Counted from the first letter of the stretch, positions 47,154 through 55,830 are shown. The stretch: 64,000 nt of DNA from Actinomycetota bacterium (GCA_046537785.1 JBKHKD010000007.1:10832-74831), one strand, 5' to 3'. Made by a program: numbers and translations. The notes: generated by a model from the sequence alone, not told the origin.

Positions 47154-49088
47154 ATGAGCATGCTTGCTCGACGACTTACAGTTCATAACCCTGCCGAAAA
47201 CGGGAACGGCGGGAACGGCGGAGAGACGACTGACGTGTTGACGTCCGATGCGGCGTGGACATGGTTCCACGACCCCCGCGCCACCTACCATTCGGGCACC
47301 CACAACCGAACCTATGTGACCTGGACTGCATCCGATGGGATCTGGGTCGGAGCCTACGACCATTCAACTAACGAGTGGTTCGACTTCCGGCTTACCGACG
47401 CCGACCAGGACGACCACCATGTCGCCGCGTTAGGCGTCCGCACCGACGGCCGAATCCTCGCCTGCTACTCCGAACACAACGGCGACCTGATGCAACGGAT
47501 CTCTGTCGACGCCGAGGACGTGTGGGACTGGCCGTTACCCGAAACACTCGACACGGCCCATTGCACCTACCCGAATCTGATCTATCTCTCATCAGAGAGC
47601 CGCTGGTATCTCTTCTACAGCACCGGAGAGGGTTCCACAGATAAATGGCGGTATCGCACTTCGGACGACGACGGCGACACCTGGTCCACAGACACGATTC
47701 TATGGGAACCCGGCAGTGGAAAGATCCCTTACATGAAGGTCGCCTCCGACGGTGTCGACCAGATCCACTTCGGAATGACCGACGACCACCCCGACGACGC
47801 CGACTCCAGCATCTACCACCTCCACTACGACGACGGAACCTGGCGCGACTCGGACGGCACCGACATCGGCTCCCCTTCCTTTGACACGACCGACGTGACT
47901 CAGGTGTACGACGGCGTGGCAGGAGATCCGGCGTGGATCTGGGATGTCGCCCCCGGCCCGGTGATGGTCTTCGCCACTCTGCCGTCGAGCACAGACCACC
48001 GTTACCAGTACGCCAAACTCAATGGCTCCTGGGATGTCAACGAAATCACAGGCGCCGGGAAACACATCTATGAAGGCACCAGCGAGCCGCAGTATTCCGC
48101 CGGGGTGGTGTTGGACCATGCGGACACAGACGTCGTTTATCTCGCCCGGGAAGTGGTGACAGATCGTTGGGAGTTGGAGAAGTGGACGACCAGCGACGGC
48201 GGCACGTCATGGTCGTCGACAGCTATCACGGAGAACTCCGACCCGGCTCCGGATAAGAACTTCCGGCCGATGGTGCCCCGCGGAGCCAGCCCGTTCGACG
48301 TGATCTGGTGCCGAGGCGAATACAACACTTACACCGACTTCGCCTCGGATCTGGCGGTCGAGCCTGCCGTCGTGGTCGACAACGCCGACCAGCCCACAGT
48401 TCCCACCTTGGACGTGACTTCCGGTCTTCTCCAGTGGGTCGACGCCAGCGAACTCACCGGCCTGGAGACTGGCGACGGAGTCGGAACTTGGGAGGACGAG
48501 TCGGGCAACGGCCACGACAAGACCGGCACCGCGGGCTCCTGGCCTATCTACACCGAATACATTTTCGGAACCCTGCCAGCAGTCCACTTCCGTCCGGGGG
48601 ACGTCATGGAGACAGCCGCCGGAGTGCCTGTCGCCGCAGCATCCGACTGGACCGAGTTCATCGTCCTCATCCCGACCGCATGGGAAGGCCTAAACCCTGG
48701 CTTGTGGCGGTCGGACTCTGACAGCAAAGGCGACACGTTCTTCATCTTTAATTCGAACACGGGGAGGCCGTGGGTCCGGTGGAACGGCACCGAGATCCTC
48801 CAACCATCCTCCGGATGGGCGGCGTCACTCGACGAGCGGATCGTCATCGCGTTGCAGGTCGAAGACGCCACATCGGTCGACTTCCGAGTCAACGGCACTC
48901 TCGAGCATTCGGACACTCACGCCGCTTCGAATCCGTCGATGTCGATCTACAACTGGTTCTGGCAGAACGACACCGGCCAGCGGGTGGAGGGCTATTACGC
49001 CGAACGGATCGCCTACGACCGCCTCCTCACCTCAACCGAAGTGGAGGACGTCGAGGACTATCTGATGGAGAAGTGGTCGGTCGCATAA
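47154..49088 (+). CDS. BNR_4-like beta-propeller protein with C-terminal LamG/concanavalin-like domain
   Basis: An AAAGGAG SD precedes the start. The N-terminal ~400 aa (WFHDPRA...DDHHVAALGVRTDGRILACYSEH...SDDDGDTWS...SSIYHLHYDDGTW) look like the sialidase-like BNR_4 family. The C-terminal ~200 aa are lectin/LamG-like. Confidence 0.65.
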   Translation: MSMLARRLTVHNPAENGNGGNGGETTDVLTSDAAWTWFHDPRATYHSGTHNRTYVTWTASDGIWVGAYDHSTNEWFDFRLTDADQDDHHVAALGVRTDGRILACYSEHNGDLMQRISVDAEDVWDWPLPETLDTAHCTYPNLIYLSSESRWYLFYSTGEGSTDKWRYRTSDDDGDTWSTDTILWEPGSGKIPYMKVASDGVDQIHFGMTDDHPDDADSSIYHLHYDDGTWRDSDGTDIGSPSFDTTDVTQVYDGVAGDPAWIWDVAPGPVMVFATLPSSTDHRYQYAKLNGSWDVNEITGAGKHIYEGTSEPQYSAGVVLDHADTDVVYLAREVVTDRWELEKWTTSDGGTSWSSTAITENSDPAPDKNFRPMVPRGASPFDVIWCRGEYNTYTDFASDLAVEPAVVVDNADQPTVPTLDVTSGLLQWVDASELTGLETGDGVGTWEDESGNGHDKTGTAGSWPIYTEYIFGTLPAVHFRPGDVMETAAGVPVAAASDWTEFIVLIPTAWEGLNPGLWRSDSDSKGDTFFIFNSNTGRPWVRWNGTEILQPSSGWAASLDERIVIALQVEDATSVDFRVNGTLEHSDTHAASNPSMSIYNWFWQNDTGQRVEGYYAERIAYDRLLTSTEVEDVEDYLMEKWSVA

Positions 49089-49755
49089 CCGCGAACAGGA
49101 CGGCGACGGCCAAACCATTGAACACCACCAGGCCCGCACGGTATTCGGGGACGAGCGTCCACACGCCGACAATGATCGCCGCGTGAAGGACCGCGCCGAA
49201 ATACAGGGCGAATCTGGGACGCCACCACAGAAGCGGCACCATTGCCAGTTCGGCGACGATCGTCCCCCAGACGATCAGACCTGTGGGGAGTGTGCCGAAC
49301 AACATAAGGGCGCCGTCCCGGTTCAATAACTCGCCAGATAGCCACCCTGGATGAAGTTTCGCGACTCCGGCGAACAAGTACAACGCAGTCATCTGAGTGC
49401 GTAGCAGAAGACGGCGTTGTGCCGTGTCGGGGAACCCGGCGACTAACACGGCGACGAGAAACAAGAACATCTCATGGTTGGTGTCGACGATCGGTGTGAG
49501 TACGACAGCGACGCCTGCAGCCCCCAACCTCGGCGCGACGAACCCGACAGCGGCCGATGCTAGGAGCGCTGCCGCGATCCAGACATTCGCAACGGTGAGT
49601 GCCTTGATGACCGCCGCAGCGAGCAGCGTCCAAACGATTACCCGGTGCTGTACATCATCCAACCGTAGGGCGTGACGTCGCCGGTCAACACGCGGTAGAA
49701 CAAAGCGGCCAGTGGCACTCCGAACTGGAGCACCAAGACCACTGATACCACCCAC
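49027..49755 (-). CDS. HTTM-like polytopic membrane protein
   Basis: It has multiple TM helices, and LYLFAGVAKLHPGWLSGE resembles the HTTM signature. Its 3' end overlaps the convergent 47154-49088 gene by 62 nt. Confidence 0.55.
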   Translation of the reverse strand: MGGISGLGAPVRSATGRFVLPRVDRRRHALRLDDVQHRVIVWTLLAAAVIKALTVANVWIAAALLASAAVGFVAPRLGAAGVAVVLTPIVDTNHEMFLFLVAVLVAGFPDTAQRRLLLRTQMTALYLFAGVAKLHPGWLSGELLNRDGALMLFGTLPTGLIVWGTIVAELAMVPLLWWRPRFALYFGAVLHAAIIVGVWTLVPEYRAGLVVFNGLAVAVLFAVMRPTTSPSDSPRRPPLRLR

Positions 49756-49887
49756 TGTGGACGCACTCCTTCCCGTTTCACGCCTTTCACCCTACCGCCC
49801 GACCCTGACCCGTCTATAGGGGATTAGCCCCATAAAGGAGGCTCGCCGTCTAAGCCACATTTCCCGGCCGAGCCTCACTCACCCTTG

Positions 49888-49925
49888 ACGAAAAGAACCC
49901 CCGCGGCACCACCCGCGGGGGTTCT
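49888..49925 (-). terminator. intrinsic terminator of the 3-gene minus-strand operon
   Basis: A 13-bp perfect stem (AGAACCCCCGCGG / CCGCGGGGGTTCT) with a 6-nt loop is followed on the minus strand by TTTCG. It lies 71 nt after the stop at 49996. Confidence 0.8.
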
Positions 49926-49995
49926 CGTGTTCCCGGCCCTTCCCGTCGAGCATCCGGGTAGAGAGCGAAAGGAGCCGGGCCGGGAAGATTGTGGG

Positions 49996-50433
49996 TTACA
50001 GGTGTTTCTCCCAGTAGGGGCGAAGCGTCTCGATGGCTTCATCGCACGCCCGGCCAACGACCCCGTCGGCAGGGGGTTCGTCTTGGAGGGCTCGCCACTC
50101 TGCCTCATACGCTGAGAGCACCTTCACTAGAAGCGAGTTCTTAGCCAACACCCGCGCCACGTCTTGGGCCATCTCCGTCGTCCCAAGGCCTGTGTCGGCG
50201 TATTCGACGACCAGGTCGACGATGCTCTCCACTCCTTTGATGCCAAGTTTCGTGGCCCCCGGCGCGGCATCCTCGATGGCCGTTCTGACCGCCCGACGCC
50301 GCGCCTTTTCCGCTTCATCGAACTTCTTGAACGCCGCCAAGAACGCTTCACTGTCACCCGCGTCCCGCGCAGCGTCTATTTCCTCGAGGCCCTTTTGGCG
50401 GGCTTCTTCGATCTTCTCCGTGGTGGTAGTCAT
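49996..50433 (-). CDS. hypothetical acidic helical protein (145 aa), operon gene 3
   Basis: A GAGGAGGAG SD precedes the start, which overlaps gene 2 by ATGA. I recognise no family. Confidence 0.6.
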   Translation of the reverse strand: MTTTTEKIEEARQKGLEEIDAARDAGDSEAFLAAFKKFDEAEKARRRAVRTAIEDAAPGATKLGIKGVESIVDLVVEYADTGLGTTEMAQDVARVLAKNSLLVKVLSAYEAEWRALQDEPPADGVVGRACDEAIETLRPYWEKHL

Positions 50434-50735
50434 TCTGTCTCCTCCTCTTTACAGGCAGCATTAGCCGCGGCCCGGACCATCGCCTTCGCGAATCCGGCCG
50501 CAATGTGCTGGCCGTCGCCCCGGCGCATCCGATCCGACCTGTTGGCCGAAAACGAGTCCATGATGCCGGCGACGATCCCGACGACGTAGACCCCGTCGTA
50601 TAGGTCGCTGTAGGTGTCCATGTGGGCTGCGTAGTCGTACAGCTCTGATCCGATGTCTTCGAGTCGGTTCTGGTCGCGGATCGCGTCCCAGTCGATGCTC
50701 TCGATCTCCTCGCGGATCTGTTCCTCAGTGGTCAT
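50430..50735 (-). CDS. hypothetical protein (101 aa), operon gene 2
   Basis: A GAAGGAG SD precedes the start, which overlaps gene 1 by ATGA. It has an acidic N-terminus and one hydrophobic stretch (GVYVVGIVAGIM). Confidence 0.6.
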   Translation of the reverse strand: MTTEEQIREEIESIDWDAIRDQNRLEDIGSELYDYAAHMDTYSDLYDGVYVVGIVAGIMDSFSANRSDRMRRGDGQHIAAGFAKAMVRAAANAACKEEETE

Positions 50736-51034
50736 TTCGTTTCTCCTTCTGTTGTTTCCGCCAGTCGGCGGTGGTCGTATGTGGCGTCGGCGTATACGTC
50801 GTGGTACTTCCCGGTGTCGCTGATGGCGATGTCGAGCGCTCCCCGGAGCAGGCGGTCGAGTTCTTCGACCATAAGACGAGCGAGGGACAGATCCGCCACC
50901 ACGGATGCCGGTATCTCGTCGTGCTTGTAGGCGAGCTGCATACGCGGCTCGAGGGCTTCTAGCTCAACCATGGCGATGGTGATAGACCGTCGTGCCCTCC
51001 GATAGTCGCCTCGATGGAACGGTGAGCGTGTCAT
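50732..51034 (-). CDS. hypothetical protein (100 aa), operon gene 1
   Basis: A GGGAGG SD lies 5 nt upstream of the ATG at 51034. I recognise no family. Confidence 0.6.
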   Translation of the reverse strand: MTRSPFHRGDYRRARRSITIAMVELEALEPRMQLAYKHDEIPASVVADLSLARLMVEELDRLLRGALDIAISDTGKYHDVYADATYDHRRLAETTEGETK

Positions 51035-51131
51035 GTACCTCCCTAGGTGGTGGACAGTGGATAACTTCCCCTGTCCGGTGGTTGCTGACCTGGGGTTTCA
51101 CCTATCTGGCACAGCGTTTACCCGGCCCTAC

Positions 51132-51174
51132 TTTGTAATCAGCAGGTCGTCGGTTCGACTCCGGCACGCGGCTC
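51132..51174. repeat. attR core (43-bp copy of the tRNA-Thr 3' part, no 5' tRNA half)
   Basis: It is identical to 40974-41016. Confidence 0.9.
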
Positions 51175-51470
51175 AGCCTTGATGGTGGACCGACTTTGAC
51201 CCTTGCCTCCGATCGTCGCCCGTTGCTCGTAGGCAGGGGGTTCCACCCTCACTGCCCGCGTCAGCAGTGATCAGGTGGGTTTAACAGACGCCGGTCGGCC
51301 TACATCGCCGCTCGGCCGAATCGCAAACAGACGCCGGGTCGGGCCGCATCGCTGATAGGTCGATTGGCGAATTGACCCCCAGCGTCACCCAAAGGCCGTG
51401 GCCGGTCGGCCCGCATCGTCGGACCGCCAAATCCTCAGTCGTGAACGTCGCCGGTCTTACTCTTTCTGCG

Positions 51471-51701
51471 ATGCTTAACGAAGAGGACAGGGCGATCCTC
51501 GACTTCGAACGTGCCGCCTGGCTCGAACCGGGACCAAAGGATCAAGCGATCGAGATGAGTCTCGGTTTGTCCGCGGCCGAGTACTACGAGCGGCTCCGCT
51601 CGATGGTGTCAGGTCGTGCTGCGTTGGCTTACGACCCGCTGACCACTAAACGTGTTCTGACCATCATCGAAGATCCGATCGAGGCCGGACTGGCAATCTG
51701 A
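51471..51701 (+). CDS. DUF3263 domain protein
   Basis: LNEEDRAILDFERAAWLEPGPKDQAI...SAAEYYERL is typical of DUF3263. I trimmed to the ATG at 51471. Confidence 0.7.
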   Translation: MLNEEDRAILDFERAAWLEPGPKDQAIEMSLGLSAAEYYERLRSMVSGRAALAYDPLTTKRVLTIIEDPIEAGLAI

Positions 51702-52258
51702 TGACCAACAAGGGGAGACACGCGTCGCAAACGCCGGGAACGTTCTATCGCGACCTGGCGATCATGATTCTTGGCATCCTCGTTGTGGGAGCGGCCGTCT
51801 TCTTTCTGCTCTACCTATTCGCCAACCAGCCGACGACGGGGCCGATCACGACCACCACAACCACCACGGTCGCAGAGACCACCACGACGGCCGATGCCAC
51901 CACCACCACGACGGCCGATACCGACACCACGACGACGACGCTGTCCGACACGTCCACGACTGTGGAGGTCAGGCAGCCTTCCGAGGTGACTGTCGTGGTG
52001 CTCAACTCGATGGGTCTCGACGGGGCCGCGGGGAGGAAGACGACCGAGGTGTCCGAAGCCGGATACCAAACGCTGACGCCCGACAACTTCACTCCGGAGC
52101 AAGACCCCTCCCGCATCTGGTATCGGGAAGGGTTCGCCGCCGAAGCATCGCGGCTGCTCGACTTTCTTCCCGATGCCACGGTCGAATCCCTGCCCGACGA
52201 AACGCTCCAGGAGGGAGCCGACGTCATCCTCGTGCTTGGTACCGGATACACGGAATGA
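51701..52258 (+). CDS. LytR_C domain membrane protein
   Basis: It has an N-terminal TM, a Thr-rich linker and a C-terminal LytR_C-like domain (VVVLNSMGLDGAAGRKT). Confidence 0.7.
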   Translation: MTNKGRHASQTPGTFYRDLAIMILGILVVGAAVFFLLYLFANQPTTGPITTTTTTTVAETTTTADATTTTTADTDTTTTTLSDTSTTVEVRQPSEVTVVVLNSMGLDGAAGRKTTEVSEAGYQTLTPDNFTPEQDPSRIWYREGFAAEASRLLDFLPDATVESLPDETLQEGADVILVLGTGYTE

Positions 52259-53112
52259 CCCGTCTGGCGGTCGGTTTCGGCCGTGCGTTCCCAAGAGTCT
52301 GGCTTCTGCCGATTGGCGCACTGACTCTGATCCTGGGGGTTGCGGTGAGCGGACGGCTGAGCCGATCGATCGCAGCCGATCTTCTCGCCTGGTGGCCGGT
52401 ATGGCTCGGGTTGGCTGCAGCGGCCTACTTCCTTCGCGACAAGAAGTTCGGCACTCTCCGTGCCGCGGGCCTCGTGCCTCTCGTTGCCTTGATCTTTGTT
52501 GGCCTGTTCCTGTGGGGGCATCTGGCCGGTTGGACGGTCATGCCCTCAGCGGCGCATCGCCTCGTCGGTCCGGAATCCGACGGCTTTACCGAGGCATCTC
52601 TTGAGGCCGGGATAGACGGCGAGATCAACGTCAGAGGGGGATCCGAGTTCCTCTACCGCGTCGAGCCGGTGAGGGCCGGGGGCATCATCGGGATACCAGG
52701 CGCCAACGAGCAACTAGTCGACTCCGCGGTCTCGGTCGAGCTCGAGGCGCCTGCCAACCCCGGTGTGTTTTCCTTTGCAGGATGGCACCTGTTCCTCTCA
52801 AAGACGCCACGCTGGTCGTTGTCGCTCAATGGGGCGATCGACGCCGATCTCACGAACCTCACCGTGAGCGAACTGGAATTCGACGGAGATGGCACCGTTC
52901 GGCTGGGTTCCGTCGACCAGGAGATCCCGGTGACGGTGGACGGCTCATTCGATGTGATAGTCCCACCTGACACACCCGCACGGGTTGTCGGAGTGGCTTC
53001 AGTTCCCGCGTCCTGGTCTGTGGTCGATCGAGGCGCCACGGCACCGGCTTCCGGAACGGGATGGGTTATCAACGTGGTCACCGACGCAGACGTGACCGTA
53101 GCCGAGGGTTAG
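52255..53112 (+). CDS. hypothetical membrane protein with beta-rich C-terminal domain
   Basis: It has 3-4 N-terminal TM helices. The start overlaps the previous stop. Confidence 0.5.
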   Translation: MTRLAVGFGRAFPRVWLLPIGALTLILGVAVSGRLSRSIAADLLAWWPVWLGLAAAAYFLRDKKFGTLRAAGLVPLVALIFVGLFLWGHLAGWTVMPSAAHRLVGPESDGFTEASLEAGIDGEINVRGGSEFLYRVEPVRAGGIIGIPGANEQLVDSAVSVELEAPANPGVFSFAGWHLFLSKTPRWSLSLNGAIDADLTNLTVSELEFDGDGTVRLGSVDQEIPVTVDGSFDVIVPPDTPARVVGVASVPASWSVVDRGATAPASGTGWVINVVTDADVTVAEG

Positions 53113-53137
53113 CCGACGACGATAGACTCATCTGACT

Positions 53138-54364
53138 GTGTCCAGCGACCGTCTGCGACAAATCGCACTTGCCATCTGGATCGCCGTCGGGTTGGTCGCT
53201 CTCGGGTGGGTGTTCCTAGTAATCGGAGAGGCAATCAGGATTATCTGGTTGCCTCTCGCTTTCGCGGCCGGCCTCGTCTTCCTCCTCGAGCCAGCGGTCA
53301 AGGTCTTCGAACGTCTTCGCCTCCCCCGGTTGGTCGGCGCGATTCTCGCCTTTCTGGCGCTGACTGCGGTGATTGTGGCCGTTGGTTCTCTGGTGTGGCC
53401 CACGGTTCAGGCACAGGGCGCCGAACTCATCGAACAACTACCCGACCTGTACGTGGCTGTCGTCGAGTGGCTGCGGGAGGCGGCCCGCACACTCGGAGTC
53501 AACATCGACGAACTTCTGTCCCAGGAAGCCATCGAGGCGTGGCTGCGCGATCCCGCCAACCAGGCGACCATCCAGGACCTGCTGTTCGGTTTCGGGGCCG
53601 GGGCTGGTGTCGTCCTGCGGGGGGTGGCCGAGACCATCGCCGTCGTAGGGCTGGCGCCCGTCCTGGCGATCTACCTGCTGATGGACCTCGACAGGTTCAA
53701 GAAGCAGTTTCTCGAGCTGACACCGCCGAACCATCGCAGCGAGGTGGCTTACGTGAGCGGAGAAGTGGGCACGGCGCTGGGTTCGTTCGTGCGGGGCCAG
53801 CTTATCGTGGCGCTGATGGTCGGTATCGGCTCCAGCGTGGGGATGTGGGCCATCGACCTCCCCTTCTGGCTGATCGTCGGAATCGTTGCCGGTTTCTTGA
53901 ACCTGATCCCCTTCCTTGGACCGGTCGTGGGTGGCGCCTTGGCCGCACTGGTCGCTCTCCTCAACGCTGATCCCTGGCAGGCGGTCTGGGCGGTACTCAT
54001 CATGACCCTGGTCCAGCAGATCGATAATCATCTGATCACTCCCGCGATCCAGAGGGCTCGGGTCAACCTGTCACCGCTGGCCATTGTCCTGGCTCTGATC
54101 ATTGGTGGTGCCCTCGCCGGCATCCTGGGAGTCCTGGTCGCCATCCCGGCGACGGCGGCAATCAGGATCGTCGTGGGCCACTTCTGGCGGACCCGGGTCC
54201 TGGGACAGTCCTGGGAGGAGGCAAGCGAGGCCATGATCGAGGTCACCCCGCCTCCGGAGCGATTCGCGCGCATGCGGAGAAACCCGGCCCAAACCCGGCT
54301 GTTCGACACCCAGGAGATGACCCGCCTGAGCGATACCGAGGTTCCAGAAGACGAGAAGGTCTGA
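53138..54364 (+). CDS. AI-2E family (PerM/UPF0118) transporter
   Basis: It is polytopic, and ...GFLNLIPFLGPVVGG... is typical of the family. Confidence 0.85.
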   Translation: MSSDRLRQIALAIWIAVGLVALGWVFLVIGEAIRIIWLPLAFAAGLVFLLEPAVKVFERLRLPRLVGAILAFLALTAVIVAVGSLVWPTVQAQGAELIEQLPDLYVAVVEWLREAARTLGVNIDELLSQEAIEAWLRDPANQATIQDLLFGFGAGAGVVLRGVAETIAVVGLAPVLAIYLLMDLDRFKKQFLELTPPNHRSEVAYVSGEVGTALGSFVRGQLIVALMVGIGSSVGMWAIDLPFWLIVGIVAGFLNLIPFLGPVVGGALAALVALLNADPWQAVWAVLIMTLVQQIDNHLITPAIQRARVNLSPLAIVLALIIGGALAGILGVLVAIPATAAIRIVVGHFWRTRVLGQSWEEASEAMIEVTPPPERFARMRRNPAQTRLFDTQEMTRLSDTEVPEDEKV

Positions 54365-54482
54365 AGGACTGAATTCGTCTCGAGAGTCGTTTCACGTCTC
54401 ACATGGCCGTGGCACGGTTAGTCTTGCGCCCTGGATGCCCACGGGCACCCTGCATGTATGAAAGACAAACCTGGAGGAATGA

Positions 54483-55808
54483 ATGAGTAGACGGTATATC
54501 CGCTTGCTCGCGTTGTTCAGCGTGTTGGCCCTTGTGGTGGCCGCATGTGGCGACGGCGGCGACGCCGGCGACACCACGACCACGGCAGCCGAGACGACGA
54601 CGACCGAAGCAGCGGAGACAACTACCACGGAGGACATGACCACGACCACCGAGGGCGAGGCGACGGATTTCGAGCCCGTACCGATGGCCATCGGCACGCT
54701 CCTACCCCAGACCGGCCAGCTGGCCGCCATCATCGACGCGCTCGAAGAGCCGATCAGGATGGGTGCTGAGGAAATCAACGAATACCAGGACGGCCTGGTC
54801 ACTCTCGAGCACCTCGACAGCGGCACCGACCCGAACGTCGCTTCGGAGAACGTCGACCAGCTGCTGACGGGTGACCACCACGGGATCATCGGCGCAGCTG
54901 CGTCCGGCGTCTCGACGGCGATCGTGGACAAGGTCCAGACCGCCGAAGTGGCGATGTGCTCAGGGTCGAACACAGCGGCTTCGCTGAGCGAGTTCGAGCC
55001 GTACTACAACCGCACGGCACCGTCCGACGAGCTGCAGGCCCCCACATTGGGCGACCTGATGATCGCCGACGGGATCGGCAACGCGGCGGTCATCTGGCGT
55101 AACGACGAGTACGGCGTCGGTTTCGGCGAGCGTCTCTCCGAGTATCTCGAGGAGAGCGGTGTCACCGTCAGCGTCCAGGAGGGCTATGACCCGCAGCAAA
55201 GCTCGTTCGCAGATCTCATGGACGAGATCGGAGCGTCTGGTGCGGAGGGTCTGGCGATGATCACCTTCGAAGAGGGTGGCCAGCTGGTCCTCGATGCCCA
55301 GGGCCGTTTCGACGGCACGCTCTACGTGGCCGACGGTTTCGTCGACACCGTGGGTGCTGACGCGCTCGGCGGTGAGGACAATCTCGACCTGCTCGAGGGC
55401 TTCCGCGGGACCTACCCGTCCTCGGCTCCCGAGACTGGTGAGCCCACCTTCCCGGACCGGTTCGCCGAGTACTCGCCCGACACGCCGACGATCTTCTCGG
55501 CCCACTACTACGACTGTCTGATGACTCTCGTGCTCGCCGCGCAGGTGGCGCAGAGCTCGGATCCGACGGACTACGTCGACGAGATAGTCGGAGTCACGGG
55601 CCCGCCTGGAGACAAGTGCGCTCTGTTCGCAGACTGCATGGAGATTCTCGAGGCCGGCGGTGAGATCGACTACGACGGTGCCTCCGGTCCGTTGGACTTC
55701 CTGCCCAACGGTCAGCCCGGTGCCGGCACGTACGACCTGTTCGAGTACGACGCCGAAGGCAACAACGTGACCTTCGACCAGGTGCTCGCTGAAGGAACCG
55801 ACGGCTGA
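54483..55808 (+). CDS. ABC substrate-binding lipoprotein, LivJ/Peripla_BP_6 type
   Basis: It has the lipobox LVVAAC and a Thr-rich linker. The LIV-type ABC genes lie adjacent on the opposite strand. Confidence 0.85.
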   Translation: MSRRYIRLLALFSVLALVVAACGDGGDAGDTTTTAAETTTTEAAETTTTEDMTTTTEGEATDFEPVPMAIGTLLPQTGQLAAIIDALEEPIRMGAEEINEYQDGLVTLEHLDSGTDPNVASENVDQLLTGDHHGIIGAAASGVSTAIVDKVQTAEVAMCSGSNTAASLSEFEPYYNRTAPSDELQAPTLGDLMIADGIGNAAVIWRNDEYGVGFGERLSEYLEESGVTVSVQEGYDPQQSSFADLMDEIGASGAEGLAMITFEEGGQLVLDAQGRFDGTLYVADGFVDTVGADALGGEDNLDLLEGFRGTYPSSAPETGEPTFPDRFAEYSPDTPTIFSAHYYDCLMTLVLAAQVAQSSDPTDYVDEIVGVTGPPGDKCALFADCMEILEAGGEIDYDGASGPLDFLPNGQPGAGTYDLFEYDAEGNNVTFDQVLAEGTDG

Positions 55809-55830
55809 TAACAACCGTCCATCGATCGAA

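Larger units (their letters stand above)
40974..51174. mobile_element. tRNA-Thr-integrated genomic island (~10.2 kb), phage-satellite-like
   Basis: A perfect 43-bp direct repeat, one copy being the tRNA 3' part, brackets the island. A tyrosine integrase sits next to the tRNA, and the content is phage-like small overlapping ORFs. Core genes lie on both flanks. Confidence 0.85.

Noticed and set aside
40974-51174. Reading the island as a complete prophage.
   Set aside because: No ORF has the size or motifs of a large terminase, portal, capsid, tape-measure protein or lysin. At 10.2 kb it is too small for a tailed-phage genome.
40974-51174. Reading the island as an actinomycete integrative conjugative element (AICE).
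   Set aside because: There is no FtsK/SpoIIIE-like Tra protein (no Walker A-containing ORF of suitable size). There is also no RepSA/RepAM or prim-pol replicase and no Nudix (Pif) gene.
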